The notes beneath the pieces were generated by a model. The model saw only the letters and a list, made by a program, of their open reading frames with translations, did not search any database and had not been told where the DNA came from. DNA of 64,000 bases from Octopus sinensis (Eukaryota), in contig NC_043008.1 in the NCBI RefSeq assembly GCF_006345805.1, positions 61,628,001 through 61,692,000 of the forward strand, in the 5' to 3' direction. Shown piece by piece: positions 37,487 to 49,305 of this stretch (position 1 is the first letter of the stretch; every line of letters starts with the position of its first letter). The position numbers and the translations under genes are program-made.

Positions 37487-38230
37487 GATCGTGCAATCTA
37501 CGCGCTGGTATGCCTGAACAATGCACAAATCATTAACTCGTCTTAATAATATTTATAGCAAAGGAACCGGTGTCACCAATGTATGGAGTTGACAAATGTA
37601 AGACTGTTTTATGTATTTCCGATGTCGTTATCGAATATTCATATTGGAGAACCAATCAGAATTTGACTATTTATGTTCATGAATGCTGATATTGCAGATA
37701 CATGTCATCTTTGATTATCTCCTGAAACATTTCCAATTTCCGACAACTAATCTTGTGAAACCGTAAGTTTTGCTAGTAACCATTCATCGAAGAGGAATAG
37801 ATGTGGCATCAAATCCAAAGAAGATACATTAAGTAACGGAATATACTTTTCTGTAGTTTTACCCAGCAGTAAAGTGCATTTATGAAATTGTTGAATTATA
37901 AGGGGCTGGGTTTTCCTTGACCAAGTTACATAAACCTCTTGAATTTTTAATGATGAGCGGGCATCAAATGTGCAGTTTTAGGTGCATTCTTTCTATAACA
38001 AATCGTAACAAATGAACAATCAGCAACATTAATTATATTTTTGCATTCCCTTTTTATTTCATAATGCTTTATTAGAAAGAAACCAACCGAAAGCTATGTG
38101 TTGGGATTATTTAATAATATCAGCTTCAACCATTTTATTGAAACTCAAAATATATATTGAATTGCTGAATGCAACCAATCATTAACGACTCAACATAACG
38201 ATACATTTTTCTTATGCGTCGACTGATGGT

Positions 38231-38452
38231 CTCTTCTTTGAAATACAGGTACAACAGAAACAGGAAGAAAGTGTGAGAGAAAGTTGTGGTGAAAGAGTAC
38301 AACAGGGATCACCACCATCCCCTGCCGGAGCCTCGTGGAGCTTTAGGTGTTTTCGCTCAATAAACACTCACAATGCCCGGTCTGGGAATCGAAACCGCGA
38401 TCCTACAACCGCGAGTCCACTGCCCTAACCACTGGGCCATTGCGCCTCCACA
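38231..38452 (-). mobile_element. SINE family C, short form with TSD
   Basis: Nearly identical to the head and body of 13083-13471. A 12-bp TSD TCGACTGATGGT lies at 38219-38230 and 38453-38464. Confidence 0.88.
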
Positions 38453-38599
38453 TCGACTGATGGTTATAGCTGACAACGTGATAAAATGCCATTTTCTCTG
38501 CATTAGCAAATGTTTACCATTCCACAAGATGCTGCTAATTACGGACGCAAAATGTGTGTGCAATACTAACAATTTAACAATTTACACTAAACTACCGGC

Positions 38600-39420
38600 G
38601 TCCTTGAGTTTTATACTCTTGTCAAGGCCCCTAATTTTTGAAGAATTGTTCCCATTTTACCATAATCCATGTACTACTTTTCTTTTTTCTGGATCTATGA
38701 CTTTTGGGTTTTTCCATTGTTCTAGAATGTTCTGAGGTAACACATTATTCCTCCGTTGCACTCAACAATATGCACTCGATTATGCTTGAGTCTCTGCTTT
38801 GCATATTTGCATATTTTTTAGTATGATCCTTTTATCATTCTCTCGCCGCCTGTTTTGGCATACATTAATGCTAGCATATTATCAAGTGTAGCAAATATAT
38901 GTCTTACAGCTGGATGTATTTCATGTATCTTTTACGGTTAAGAAATTCTAGAGAAAATGCATTTCAATATTTATTCATTTTCAGATATTCGACAGTTTCT
39001 TAATTCCTTCTGCTTGGTTTGATCTGTTTATGGATTCTGATATATAAGTTTTGATCCATTGCAGCAATTTATTACCTTCACCCTTAACGTTGCTTTATGC
39101 TTATATTCAGGCCGTGATGTGAATTTTCTTTGCCTGTTTTCAAGTTTTCTATCCGAGGTTTTGGCCATTATATCTTTTCTTTCATCGCTTTAACCAGCCT
39201 TCTCTAGTTTCATTTTCAATTTAAAGTAACGGCTTTTTCGATTCCTGCTATTGTTTTTCGTTTCTTGTAGATTTCTCTGTTATTTCAGCTTATGTTCCCC
39301 ATTGTTTATCGTCCTTGAAGGCATAATACTGTTTTCTGGGGTTTTCCTCATATTTTCTGTAGATATTTATGTTAATTTTCCCATATTCACTTTCAATATA
39401 TATTTCTAGTCCCACAAGTA
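38600..39420 (-). pseudogene. Degenerate R4/Dong-like LINE fragment
   Basis: Minus-strand remnants of xYAKTGGE (cf. RLY..R..GGRG) and KKVVHG (cf. K.LHG); heavily decayed. Confidence 0.3.
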
Positions 39421-39524
39421 AATATGTTATATAAGTATTCTACTTACGTAAAATTCCGACTTATATAATATTTCAGATTGTTAGTCTTGTTCTCGGTTCA
39501 ATCATTAAATTTCTCTTTTTGTGT

Positions 39525-39630
39525 GGTAAGCTGGCAAAATCGGTTACACGTTTGATAAAATCGGTTACACGTTTGCCATCTAAGTTCAAAATCGGTCACG
39601 GCCAGCTTTGCCATTTATCCATTCCATGTC
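39525..39630 (+). mobile_element. Degraded SINE family A with an internal ~20-bp tandem duplication
   Basis: AGCTGGCAAAATCGGTTACACGTTTG, repeated AAAATCGGTTACACGTTTG, then AGTTCAAAATC and GCTTTGCCATTTATCC. Confidence 0.5.
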
Positions 39631-41469
39631 GAAGACGTATTTTAAGTTACAGACTGGGAGCGACGTAACAGAATACTCCCCACCTACTAAATTTCAGATC
39701 TTGTAATTATAGTAGAAAAACTATTATTCTTGCTGTTTATTATAGTATTGTTAAACTATTTTATGCCCCTCTACGAATATTAAAGCAAAGTATGAAACTA
39801 AAGTATTTCTGCATTTTAACATATTTGTTTACATTTTGCTCCTTTTTATGATCATTCGCATACACTTATCCTAATTCCTTCTAATTCTTCCCTTAATTTG
39901 CATGTATTAAATAGAAACTATTTCAGCGACTTCCAAGTAATTGTGCTTATTGTATATGTTTCATTAATTAACTCGACCTTAGTGGTGTTGGGTTATTTTT
40001 CTCCCTATAAAGTACTATCGGAACATATTGTTTTCATATCTAAATTTTTCTAATGTGAAATATAGAGCGCTTTGTTAGTCATCTACAAATTGTCACTGAT
40101 TATCGCACACATGCCTTCTTGTTCCATAACTACAGACATCTTTAACATGTTGGTTACAATGTGTCCATCAATTCGTAGAATATATAGCATGTCCACATAG
40201 CAACATGTAGAAATGTGATATCTGGTAGGTTTTTTTAAACTTTTTCAGATTATGAATATCGGTATTTTCGTTAGATAAGTAGCGTAATTCTATGGATGCA
40301 CAGTAATGTTTAGCCATGCACAGCAACACATCACAATGCATAGAAAGTATTCTCACTTCGTATTAAAGCGTGGTATCGCGTAGTAATAGGCCACAAATCT
40401 AATAATCAATTGTTATTGAAATTTTGACACATTTTTCCTATTTTTTCACCAGTAATTTATTAATATTGATATTTTTCCGTGAGATATTTTGATAATTTCT
40501 ACAATGTGCAGTGAACCATGTCCAGTTTGACTAACCCGACACATTTTTCATAGTTAAGTGTGTATTTACATTAAATATATGATCATTGGCAGTTGGTGCA
40601 GCGTCACTCCGTTGTTTTTACTAGTAAAATTGAGTCGGGTATAATATTTGTATTATTTCTCAAATTATATGATGCGCCAACAAGGGAAAAGAAGAAAAAA
40701 TATTTTATCATCAAAATTAAGTTGTATGCGTTGCGCTTACCACCACACACAGTTGAAAATAACGTTGATCCTTCCCGCATGGGAACAAACTTAGATATAT
40801 TTCCTCGCATAGATTTAAGCGCTTTACTTGTAGTGCATTTCCCGTTGATAATTTTCTTGATTAAATTATTTTTCCTGATAAAATTACTAGATTAACCCAC
40901 GGGACAGTGTCAATATTCATAAAATTAGTAGTTATACCAACGGAAAATGAGATAAAATTTGATCAGGAAAAATTAAGTTATATCGTTTCTGCGTGTTGAT
41001 AACGTAACTAGATTATCCCTTAGGATGCTATCAATAATGATAAAATTAATAACTATCCCAACATGAACAAGAAAAAACTTATTTGATAAAGCAATTATAA
41101 CTATTACACTTGATGCACGTTTTAAAGCGTTTCCGCGCCTTGTTGCACTTAAATTATCACGACACATTAGTATCAGAACATAAAGATATGGTGATGGTTT
41201 CCCTTGGTATATATGTTTTCTAATGGAGATAGGAGTTACATTTTATAACACAGAGTTTTTTTATAGGTGCAGTATTGTTTGTTAAACTAATGGAATGTTA
41301 AATAAAGCTGCTTATTATAAATGTTACCTTAAATATAGCTTATGTTTGCAGGGCCATATAAGTTTAAATAAGTCAAGAGCTTTCTCATGTTATGCTCCTT
41401 CTGCAGTATACTGTTATATATTGTTAATACACATTCAATCATAAATTCTTTTAAATCCAGAAAAGATGA

Positions 41470-41760
41470 AAGTATGTGAGACTTTGTGGATCCATAGAGC
41501 GACGCGTGGCGTTACAGAAACCATTTTGCTCTTCTTCTGAAGAGTGCGATATTATTACAGTTACAGCTTTGTTGTCTGCAAGAAGGCAGGTTATGGATCG
41601 ATAGTTTTTAGGAAACACTGTTCCTTTATCGTCGCAGACCAGATGATTTCCTACTCAGTGAGTCCGTTAGAGTACTCCACCGACTCTGTAACATTGTTAT
41701 TAAATATTTTAACTAAGTATTTAAATATTTTAGCCACGCGATTATAATCGTATGTGTCGA
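41470..41760 (-). pseudogene. R4/Dong-like RT N-terminal fragment
   Basis: Minus-strand KNYRSITCLL...VTVIIS...EEEQNG (cf. NYRPITCL..YK..T.II....EEQ.G). Confidence 0.5.
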
Positions 41761-42837
41761 TGTTAAATCGTTGCTCGTTTTCACCAAAGCTGTAACTATT
41801 TATTCAGCTGGCATGGTCAACCTGAATTCCTAAGATAGTGTGTCCTTTATTAAAAATAAAATCTCATTCATCATATTTCTTTTACTACGTATATTCCTTC
41901 ACTCACTTCTTATCGTTCTATTCTTGTTGCATTGGTTGATATTTTATTTTTACCTGATTTGTAATGCAGCCGTTGTTGGCCCTATTACATCTGTTTGATA
42001 TTTGCTAAGAGTCAAGTTGCTGTTCCCACGCAATTTCGCAAGTATTTTTCTTTCAGACTTCTTCGAATGCGGATATTTTCTTTCGAATTATGTTGTTTCT
42101 GCATAACTTATCTGCACTTATTATTTTCATTTGTATCATTTATTCTTGATTTCCCGGGTGATTTCTATTTTCGTAAGTTTACTTTGCTGTTTCCTTTGGT
42201 TTTAATATTCCTTTATCAACAGATACGAAACAGAAACCGTTTTTCTTCTTAACTACAGTATGTGTTATATATATTATAATATTTCTGTATATGATACAGA
42301 TGCTTAAAATTGTTTTCTTTAAATCTTTGTTGGATAGATTCACACTTTGGCACATTTTTAAACCTTACATTTTCTCATTGGTGGGTGTAGTATTTATAAT
42401 ATCAAATACGAAGATATATTTTAATAATTTCCATCCCTAACATATTTTCCTCATATATTTTCATTTTATATTTTCATTTGCGTTCTTCTGTTTCCGCTTT
42501 TAATAGTAAGTTTTCAGCAGGTTCTCTTCCGTTTTGATGTTTTTTGTTCATACTTTCCGTGTTAGTCAATCTTGTGATGGAGTATAATATCAGTTCGTTT
42601 TTATTTTGTATTTCTTAATATTTGAAATTATGTATTCTTTAAATTACAGTCCGTTTCGATTTCTGATATTTGTTTGATTTTGTATCGCTTTAACTGTTTT
42701 CTTATGGATAAAAATATCAAATGAGTCATCGCCTGCGTTAGATATTAAAAAAGAAGTAAAATATGCCTGGTATAATCTCATATTATTGAAGGTGTAAACC
42801 TTATATCACAAAGTACAAAGCAAATCAGCAGAGATGT

Positions 42838-43570
42838 GTGGAAGATAATTCTCGTTGCAAGGTCCCTGGCTTAGCAAAACAAATTGTTATTAGTCCCAGA
42901 ACAGCTGTCAAGTATCTCCGCAAACTTGGTTACTATGGTAGAGCAGCAAGAAGGAAGACACTTCTTTAACCAGCCAATAACAAGCAGAGAAAAAGATTCG
43001 GCCAGTGAAATGGTGGAGAGGCTACAGGCATTTTGGGATACAGTCATATTCTCCAATGAGTCCAGATTTACTGTATTTTCTAACAGTGTTCGAGTGTGGG
43101 TGTGAAGTCTATGATGAAATTTTGATGTGAAAAGATTGTAGCCAATAATAAAACATGGCAGTTATACTGTGATGGTCTGGAGAACAATTTGGAGCAATGG
43201 TCGATCAGAGCTAGTGGTGCGTGAGAACTTCATCCAATTTTCTCAGGTGGTGAGATGATTACAAAAAGACTCTTTATTTATAGATGTCGTTCCTTGTCAC
43301 AAGGCTAAAATGACCCAAGATTTGTTGGAAAAGAATTGCATTAAAATACTTCCATGGCCACGCCAGTCACCAGATATGAATGCTTTTGAACACCTCTTGG
43401 GCATAATGAATACGAAATGTCATATAAAGAACAAGAAAGCATCTTCAAAGCCAGATCTTTTGAGATTACTGCATGAAACGTGGCAAGATATTCCACAATA
43501 GAACATTCGTGTTCTGATCGTAATATGCCTAATAAGGTCTTTGCATTGAAAAATACAATGGGTATGTCTA
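42838..43570 (+). pseudogene. Degenerate Tc1-type transposase
   Basis: YLRKLGYYGRAARRK, WDTVIFSNESRF..RVWV, VMVW, PCHKAK.TQ, IKILPWPRQSPDMNAFEHL and W..IP motifs across frameshifts. Confidence 0.8.
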
Positions 43571-43675
43571 CTAGATATTAAATATTCACGTAACACTTAA
43601 TAAATACTTTCAAAGTATAATTTCAGATTTAAATAAATTTTGATATTTATATATATACACACATACGTATGTATG

Positions 43676-43706
<31 letters not shown>

Positions 43707-44149
43707 TGGGATAACAAAAACAAGGCTTTGTAGATTTTACAACGTTTTACAGCTGTTTCTTTTTTATTTTTATTTTTTATAATTTGTATTATTATTTTTC
43801 CTTCTTATCTTCTCTTTCGTTTCTCTTTCTTCTCTTTTATCTCTTTCTTTATTCCTCTATTCCTGTTTTCGATTTGATCTTACTAATACATCCCCTACTT
43901 TTAGGTCACTTTAAATAAAACCCTTGATTCAATAACACTGTATATAAACGCTATACTTGGAATGACCAATTTTAAATACTATTGGATTTTACTCATAAGA
44001 CATTGGAATCTTATATGTTTACCGTTCTGCCTAAATAATGGATCCACAGATACAATCTCCCTGCATATCTCACGTCTGTTTTCATTCCTCCACTTCACTC
44101 TCTATTTCATATCTTATCTAAAATAAATTTTGCTAAACCATTTTCTCAC

Positions 44150-44202
44150 ACCGTCTCCGATGAAGGGATCTATAAAATATACCGGTAACAGCTATAAGAC
44201 CT
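44150..44202 (+). ncRNA. Decayed hammerhead-like motif (probable PLE pLTR remnant)
   Basis: GTCT-CCGATGA-AGGGAT..ATATACC-GGTAAC-AGCT-ATAAGAC. The stem I GTCT/AGAC and palindrome AGCT are retained; core positions are mutated. Confidence 0.4.
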
Positions 44203-44252
44203 TCTATTTATAAATGTTCTAATCCTTAGATTTTTATCTCATTCTCAAAATT

Positions 44253-44365
<113 letters not shown>

Positions 44366-44418
44366 ATATATATATATATATATACTATATATATATATAT
44401 ATATTATATATATATATA

Positions 44419-44466
<48 letters not shown>

Positions 44467-44856
44467 CTGGAAAGTAATTCATTTGTATTGCATTATTATT
44501 TCCATTGAAACTTCACTGTTCTCGTTCTGTTAACGTATTGGCGTTCAGAAGAGTCTAATGGCATTAATATGGCAACATTTGAAATTTTGTCTAGGTAGAT
44601 GCAGCTGATGAAGACTAATCAAATTTACGTTGTCAAACGTATTTGAAGAGTTAGAAACCGGCCCTGCATTATCCGATTCTAGGTTGTCCATATATCGAAT
44701 GTTCTTTCTAGAGGTGAGACAATTCATTTTTCATGCTTGTTGCACACACACACGTCTCTTCTAGTATATACGCAGTGACGCTATACAACACCATCGTATT
44801 TATATCGATTGCTATTTTCCAGTAAATATTGGTGCCTTGTCTACTTTTATACATAC

Positions 44857-44922
<66 letters not shown>

Positions 44923-45619
44923 TAATGAAATTGTCTACAATTTTCCACACACGTATGTTGTTCCTAACGTAATGTAGATGTATATGATACCAACTACTCG
45001 CCCAACGCATTAAGCAGTAACAACCTTAATAGATCCCCAAACTATGTTTACGTACACTATATTGCATCTTCAATGGCTAGTCAAAACAAATAATATAATA
45101 GTATTTAACCAGGATGCTACAACATAATGTTTATCTAATAAGGACTAATTACCATTTCTTACAAATTTGGGGTTGGTATAACAACGTGTCACTGGTGGTG
45201 TAGTGAATGCTCTGAAAGGAAAGAAAAGAAAAACAACAACAAAATTTAGTATTCAAAATAAAGTTCTCAGATAAGTATTATTGTTTGTGACCTTCTTTCC
45301 CAGCTCTCAAATTGTTTATGGGCTAATGAATCCTTTCATTTTCTCTGTGTTAAATAAATTACGCTAATTTATCTAAGAGATCGATATCAATGATACTCGT
45401 TTTTATTTATATATTAAGATTCGTCGTTTGTTTTTCAGTAAAATATCTGATGTTTTCAATCTCAACCCAATAAACGAATGAAATACTTATAAAATTTACA
45501 TCTGCATCTCGTGTATGTGTGTGTGTGAGTATATGGCTGTATATACTCATATATATATATATATGCACATACATATATAGATGTCTATATATATATATGG
45601 ATAAATATGTATATGTATG

Positions 45620-45653
<34 letters not shown>

Positions 45654-45761
45654 ATATATAAACAAAAATAAATAAATATATATATATATATAAACAAACA
45701 CACACCACCACACACACACACACACACACACACACCACACACATATATATATATATATATA

Positions 45762-46640
45762 GTGTGCGATGATAAATTGTCGCAATTTTATATATTTATA
45801 ATTTCGCGCTTGCTCACTCATTTTCTTTCTCGACTACACGCAGCATAATAGGTTTAGTTGGGCACTGTGTGTGAAATAAAACAGCACCACGACGCTATTC
45901 ACTCTGCCAGGATTTGGGAACAGAATACTCTACTGCTTAGCATTCGCGCCTGAATCTCCGATTTGAACGTTTAAAATGTTTGGATCTCAATGTGTCGACA
46001 GTGCAATCTGTCCAGACATGTACCGAGAGTGATAAAAATCAAACACACTCATCAGCATCATGGTGTTTGGAGTGATCGGTAGTAATGGCGGCGTTATGCC
46101 TCCATTCATCTTTCCACTAGGCCTGAAGCCCAACTCAGTTGCCTACATCAAGTACCTAGAAGAGGTAGTTCTGCCCTAGGTCAAGGGGATGGCGGCTGGA
46201 AGACCTTATGTCGAGCAACATGACTCTGCACCATGTCACACAATCAGAAGAACCCGGTCATGGTTGTCAAACAATGTCTGCAACCACATCTCCCCAAACA
46301 TTCGGCCACCTACCTCCCCAGATTAAAACCCTCTTGATCATTATGTGTAGGGAGTAGTCGAACGAAACACCAACAAAACTCCTTCTAACACCGCAGATGA
46401 ACTGAAGGCAAGGATTATGACAACATTCACCAACTTGAACAAGGAGACCGTTCAGAAGAGTGGCAAGAAATTCTGAAGTCGTCTCGAGGCTGTGGTTGAA
46501 GCTAATTGCGATGTTATTGAGTAAATTTATTCTTTAGTAATTCAAGATATTTTCGTGTAATCTTGAAAAATATGTTAAACTGAGTTAGCCTTATTTTCAT
46601 TTTCGCGTAATTTAGACGACAGTTCATTTAGCACACCATG
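45762..46640 (+). mobile_element. Internally deleted maT/DD37D-like Tc1/mariner element
   Basis: SASWCLE/IMVFGVIGSNGGVMPPFIF, GRPYV.QHDSAPCH, RPPTSPD.NPLDHYV, DELKARI and SRLEAVVEAN. Imperfect TIRs (GTGTGC....ATAAATTGTCG / CGACAGTTCATTTAGCACAC) lie in TA/TG context. Confidence 0.7.
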
Positions 46641-46684
46641 TGTGTATATGTGTGTGCATTTCTGTGTGTGTGCGTGTGTGTGTT

Positions 46685-46715
<31 letters not shown>

Positions 46716-46729
46716 CTCTCTCTCTTTAT

Positions 46730-46790
<61 letters not shown>

Positions 46791-47219
46791 ATAGAAAGAG
46801 AGAGAGACTGCGCATTCAGTTTTGAAACAAAGAGCAAAGCAAGTATAACTCCACCCGTTCAAAAGCCTTTGAAAGGGGAGGGAGGATTGGTATTTATATT
46901 CATATAAGGTATTACTGCGCTTCATTAAAAACAATAATGTAAACAGTTAAATGCGATTTATAGAATAATGTGAATATATTCATCCAGCCTATATAAATCC
47001 TACGCTTATGTTCCTTTCATCATCAAATTGTCCGGAATTTATTACATCTTTCAAATATGTGGCGATGATATTTTGTCAAATCTGCTCTTGGAATTTTGTT
47101 GGTGAATCAAGATAACCGGAGTGTATTTCTGTGGAATGGGTGATAGGACAGGATGCAGGAACAATACAGTAAGGGTGAGAGTTGGAATAGAAGTATAATG
47201 TGGTTGACTTGCGGAGCCC

Positions 47220-47425
47220 ACACGTTAGCACGCTGGGCTGAATGCCTTGTGGTATTTCGTCTGCCGTTACATTCTGACTTCAAATTCCGCCGAGGTCGAC
47301 TTTGCCTCTCATCCTTTCGAAATTCTTAAATTAAGTACCAGTTACGCACTGAGGTCGATGCAATCGGCGGTGCTCCAGCATGGCTGCAGTCAAATGACTG
47401 AAATAAATAAAAGAAATACAAGAAA
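47220..47425 (+). mobile_element. Chimeric SINE: family A head/core + family B tail
   Basis: Family A sequence up to GGTCGATGCAATC, directly followed by GGCGGTGCTCCAGCATGGCTGCAGTCAAATGACTGAAA (family B tail, cf. 54598-54640). Confidence 0.75.
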
Positions 47426-49305
47426 AAGCATAAACTCTATAGACAGTAAGAAATTAGTAGAATTGTTTACATATTTGTAATTTAGTGATATATACACAGA
47501 CAATAGTCAAAAGTAATTCATTCCATAAGGTAATAATTCAAATTTATGACACCATATTGTATAGCTGAGTATGTTGTATCAAAATTCATGTGAAATCTGC
47601 AAATAAGGGATAGAGAATGTTGTTCCGGTATTAGGAATTAACCATTTTCTTCCTCTGCTGGTAGCTCAGTAATTCGGTTTGTTTCAATTTGCAAGCTTTA
47701 TAACTCCGAAAGGAATATTTTCCCTACATTTGCATATACTTGATTACATTGTATCCAATCAAATTAAGTTACAGCGATATTGTATTTTTACAAACATCAA
47801 AAGCTCTATTGCATGGTAATCTGCCATATCAATTAATACTCTTCAAACAGCACAAACAGCTTATAATCATTCAAACAGATTAAAATTAGAACGGGAGTAA
47901 TAAACAATAATTACTATAACATGAACATATAGAAACAGCTACCGGTGTCAGTCACATATATGTAGAAGCATCGGTGTCGTACATGAAGTGCAGACGCAGG
48001 TAAAATGCCATTATTCGAGTACTTGATGTATGTATAGCATGTATGAAATTATATATATATATTAACAGTTACGAAGTTTTTCTATTAGAAATATAGCAAA
48101 TACCATACGGAAATAAAAGGAATATATAGAAATTTAATAACTAACTTGTAGTCACATACTCTACCAAAGAAGCAGAGAAAATATGATTAATTGCATGCTC
48201 AGCCTTGAGCGTAGGTCTTTCTGTATATATTAATATATTATGTAATATTCACTTCTGATATGGTTAGAGAGAGCTGATTGTAGTTTCCTCCAGTGTTTTG
48301 GAATCCAATCTATTGAAAAAATTTAAGTTAGATCATTTATATATATACATTTCCTGGAACAACCGTTCTTAACTGATTTATCCCCCTACAGAAGCCTCCG
48401 AGACAACTCGATGTATGTTTAATAGAGTTATTACCTAATGCAGAGATTTAACAAAAGAGACTCCAGAAACCTTATGAATAAGAAAACCTGTCTTTCAAGA
48501 CGAAGTATGATTAAATTTGATATAAACACCATATCTCAAAATGGTATTTGTACTTGTAGACACTGTTATCCGAGGTTTGTTTACATGAGTCTTAAATGAT
48601 AAAGAATAATCCAGTTCCTGTTGTTGAGAATAATATTGTTGTTTAAGAAAATATTATCAGTATACAGTCATTGAAATTCTCTTCTTCAAGTTAATGTTGG
48701 CCATTTGGAGTGATATTGTAGCTACCTCATATTGACGTTTTATAATATGCCGTAAAAAACATAATTTTGTTTATCCGTTTAGATTTATATTTGAAGATAC
48801 ACAAATCTATCAGCATTTACAAAATGCAATTGTTTATATAATTCATTGCTTCTCTATTTTATTTTCTTCTTACATTTAATCTCATTGCAAGCCAGATTCC
48901 GATTTGTGCGTTATATATTGTCTGGAGATCAATACTTAATAATTGAACTATGTCTCAAGTCAGTTACCCAGTTCATTTGAATGCACAATACACCAGCGTC
49001 TGCAGGAAATTATCTTATTACCAACGGTTTTGCACGCTGGCTGTCACAGTTTTTTTATGTATTGCATGCTATGAACAATATTAAATGCTGTGTCAAATTT
49101 AGAAACATGGTGTCAGCAAAATTCTGACGGGAATGCTCGCATGTACAGATATTTCCTTTTGTCTATTTATCATACTACTTATACACACACACACACATAT
49201 ATATATACACACATATACTTATATTTTTTTATTAATAATAATGGTAAGACAACAAAAGAATGATTTAGACTTCGATATTATGTAAAGAGAGGAATTTATC
49301 TGTAA

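Noticed and set aside
44600-44650. CTGATGAAGAC...GTCAAACG possible hammerhead
   Set aside because: G12 is missing and stem I pairs poorly; too degenerate to support.
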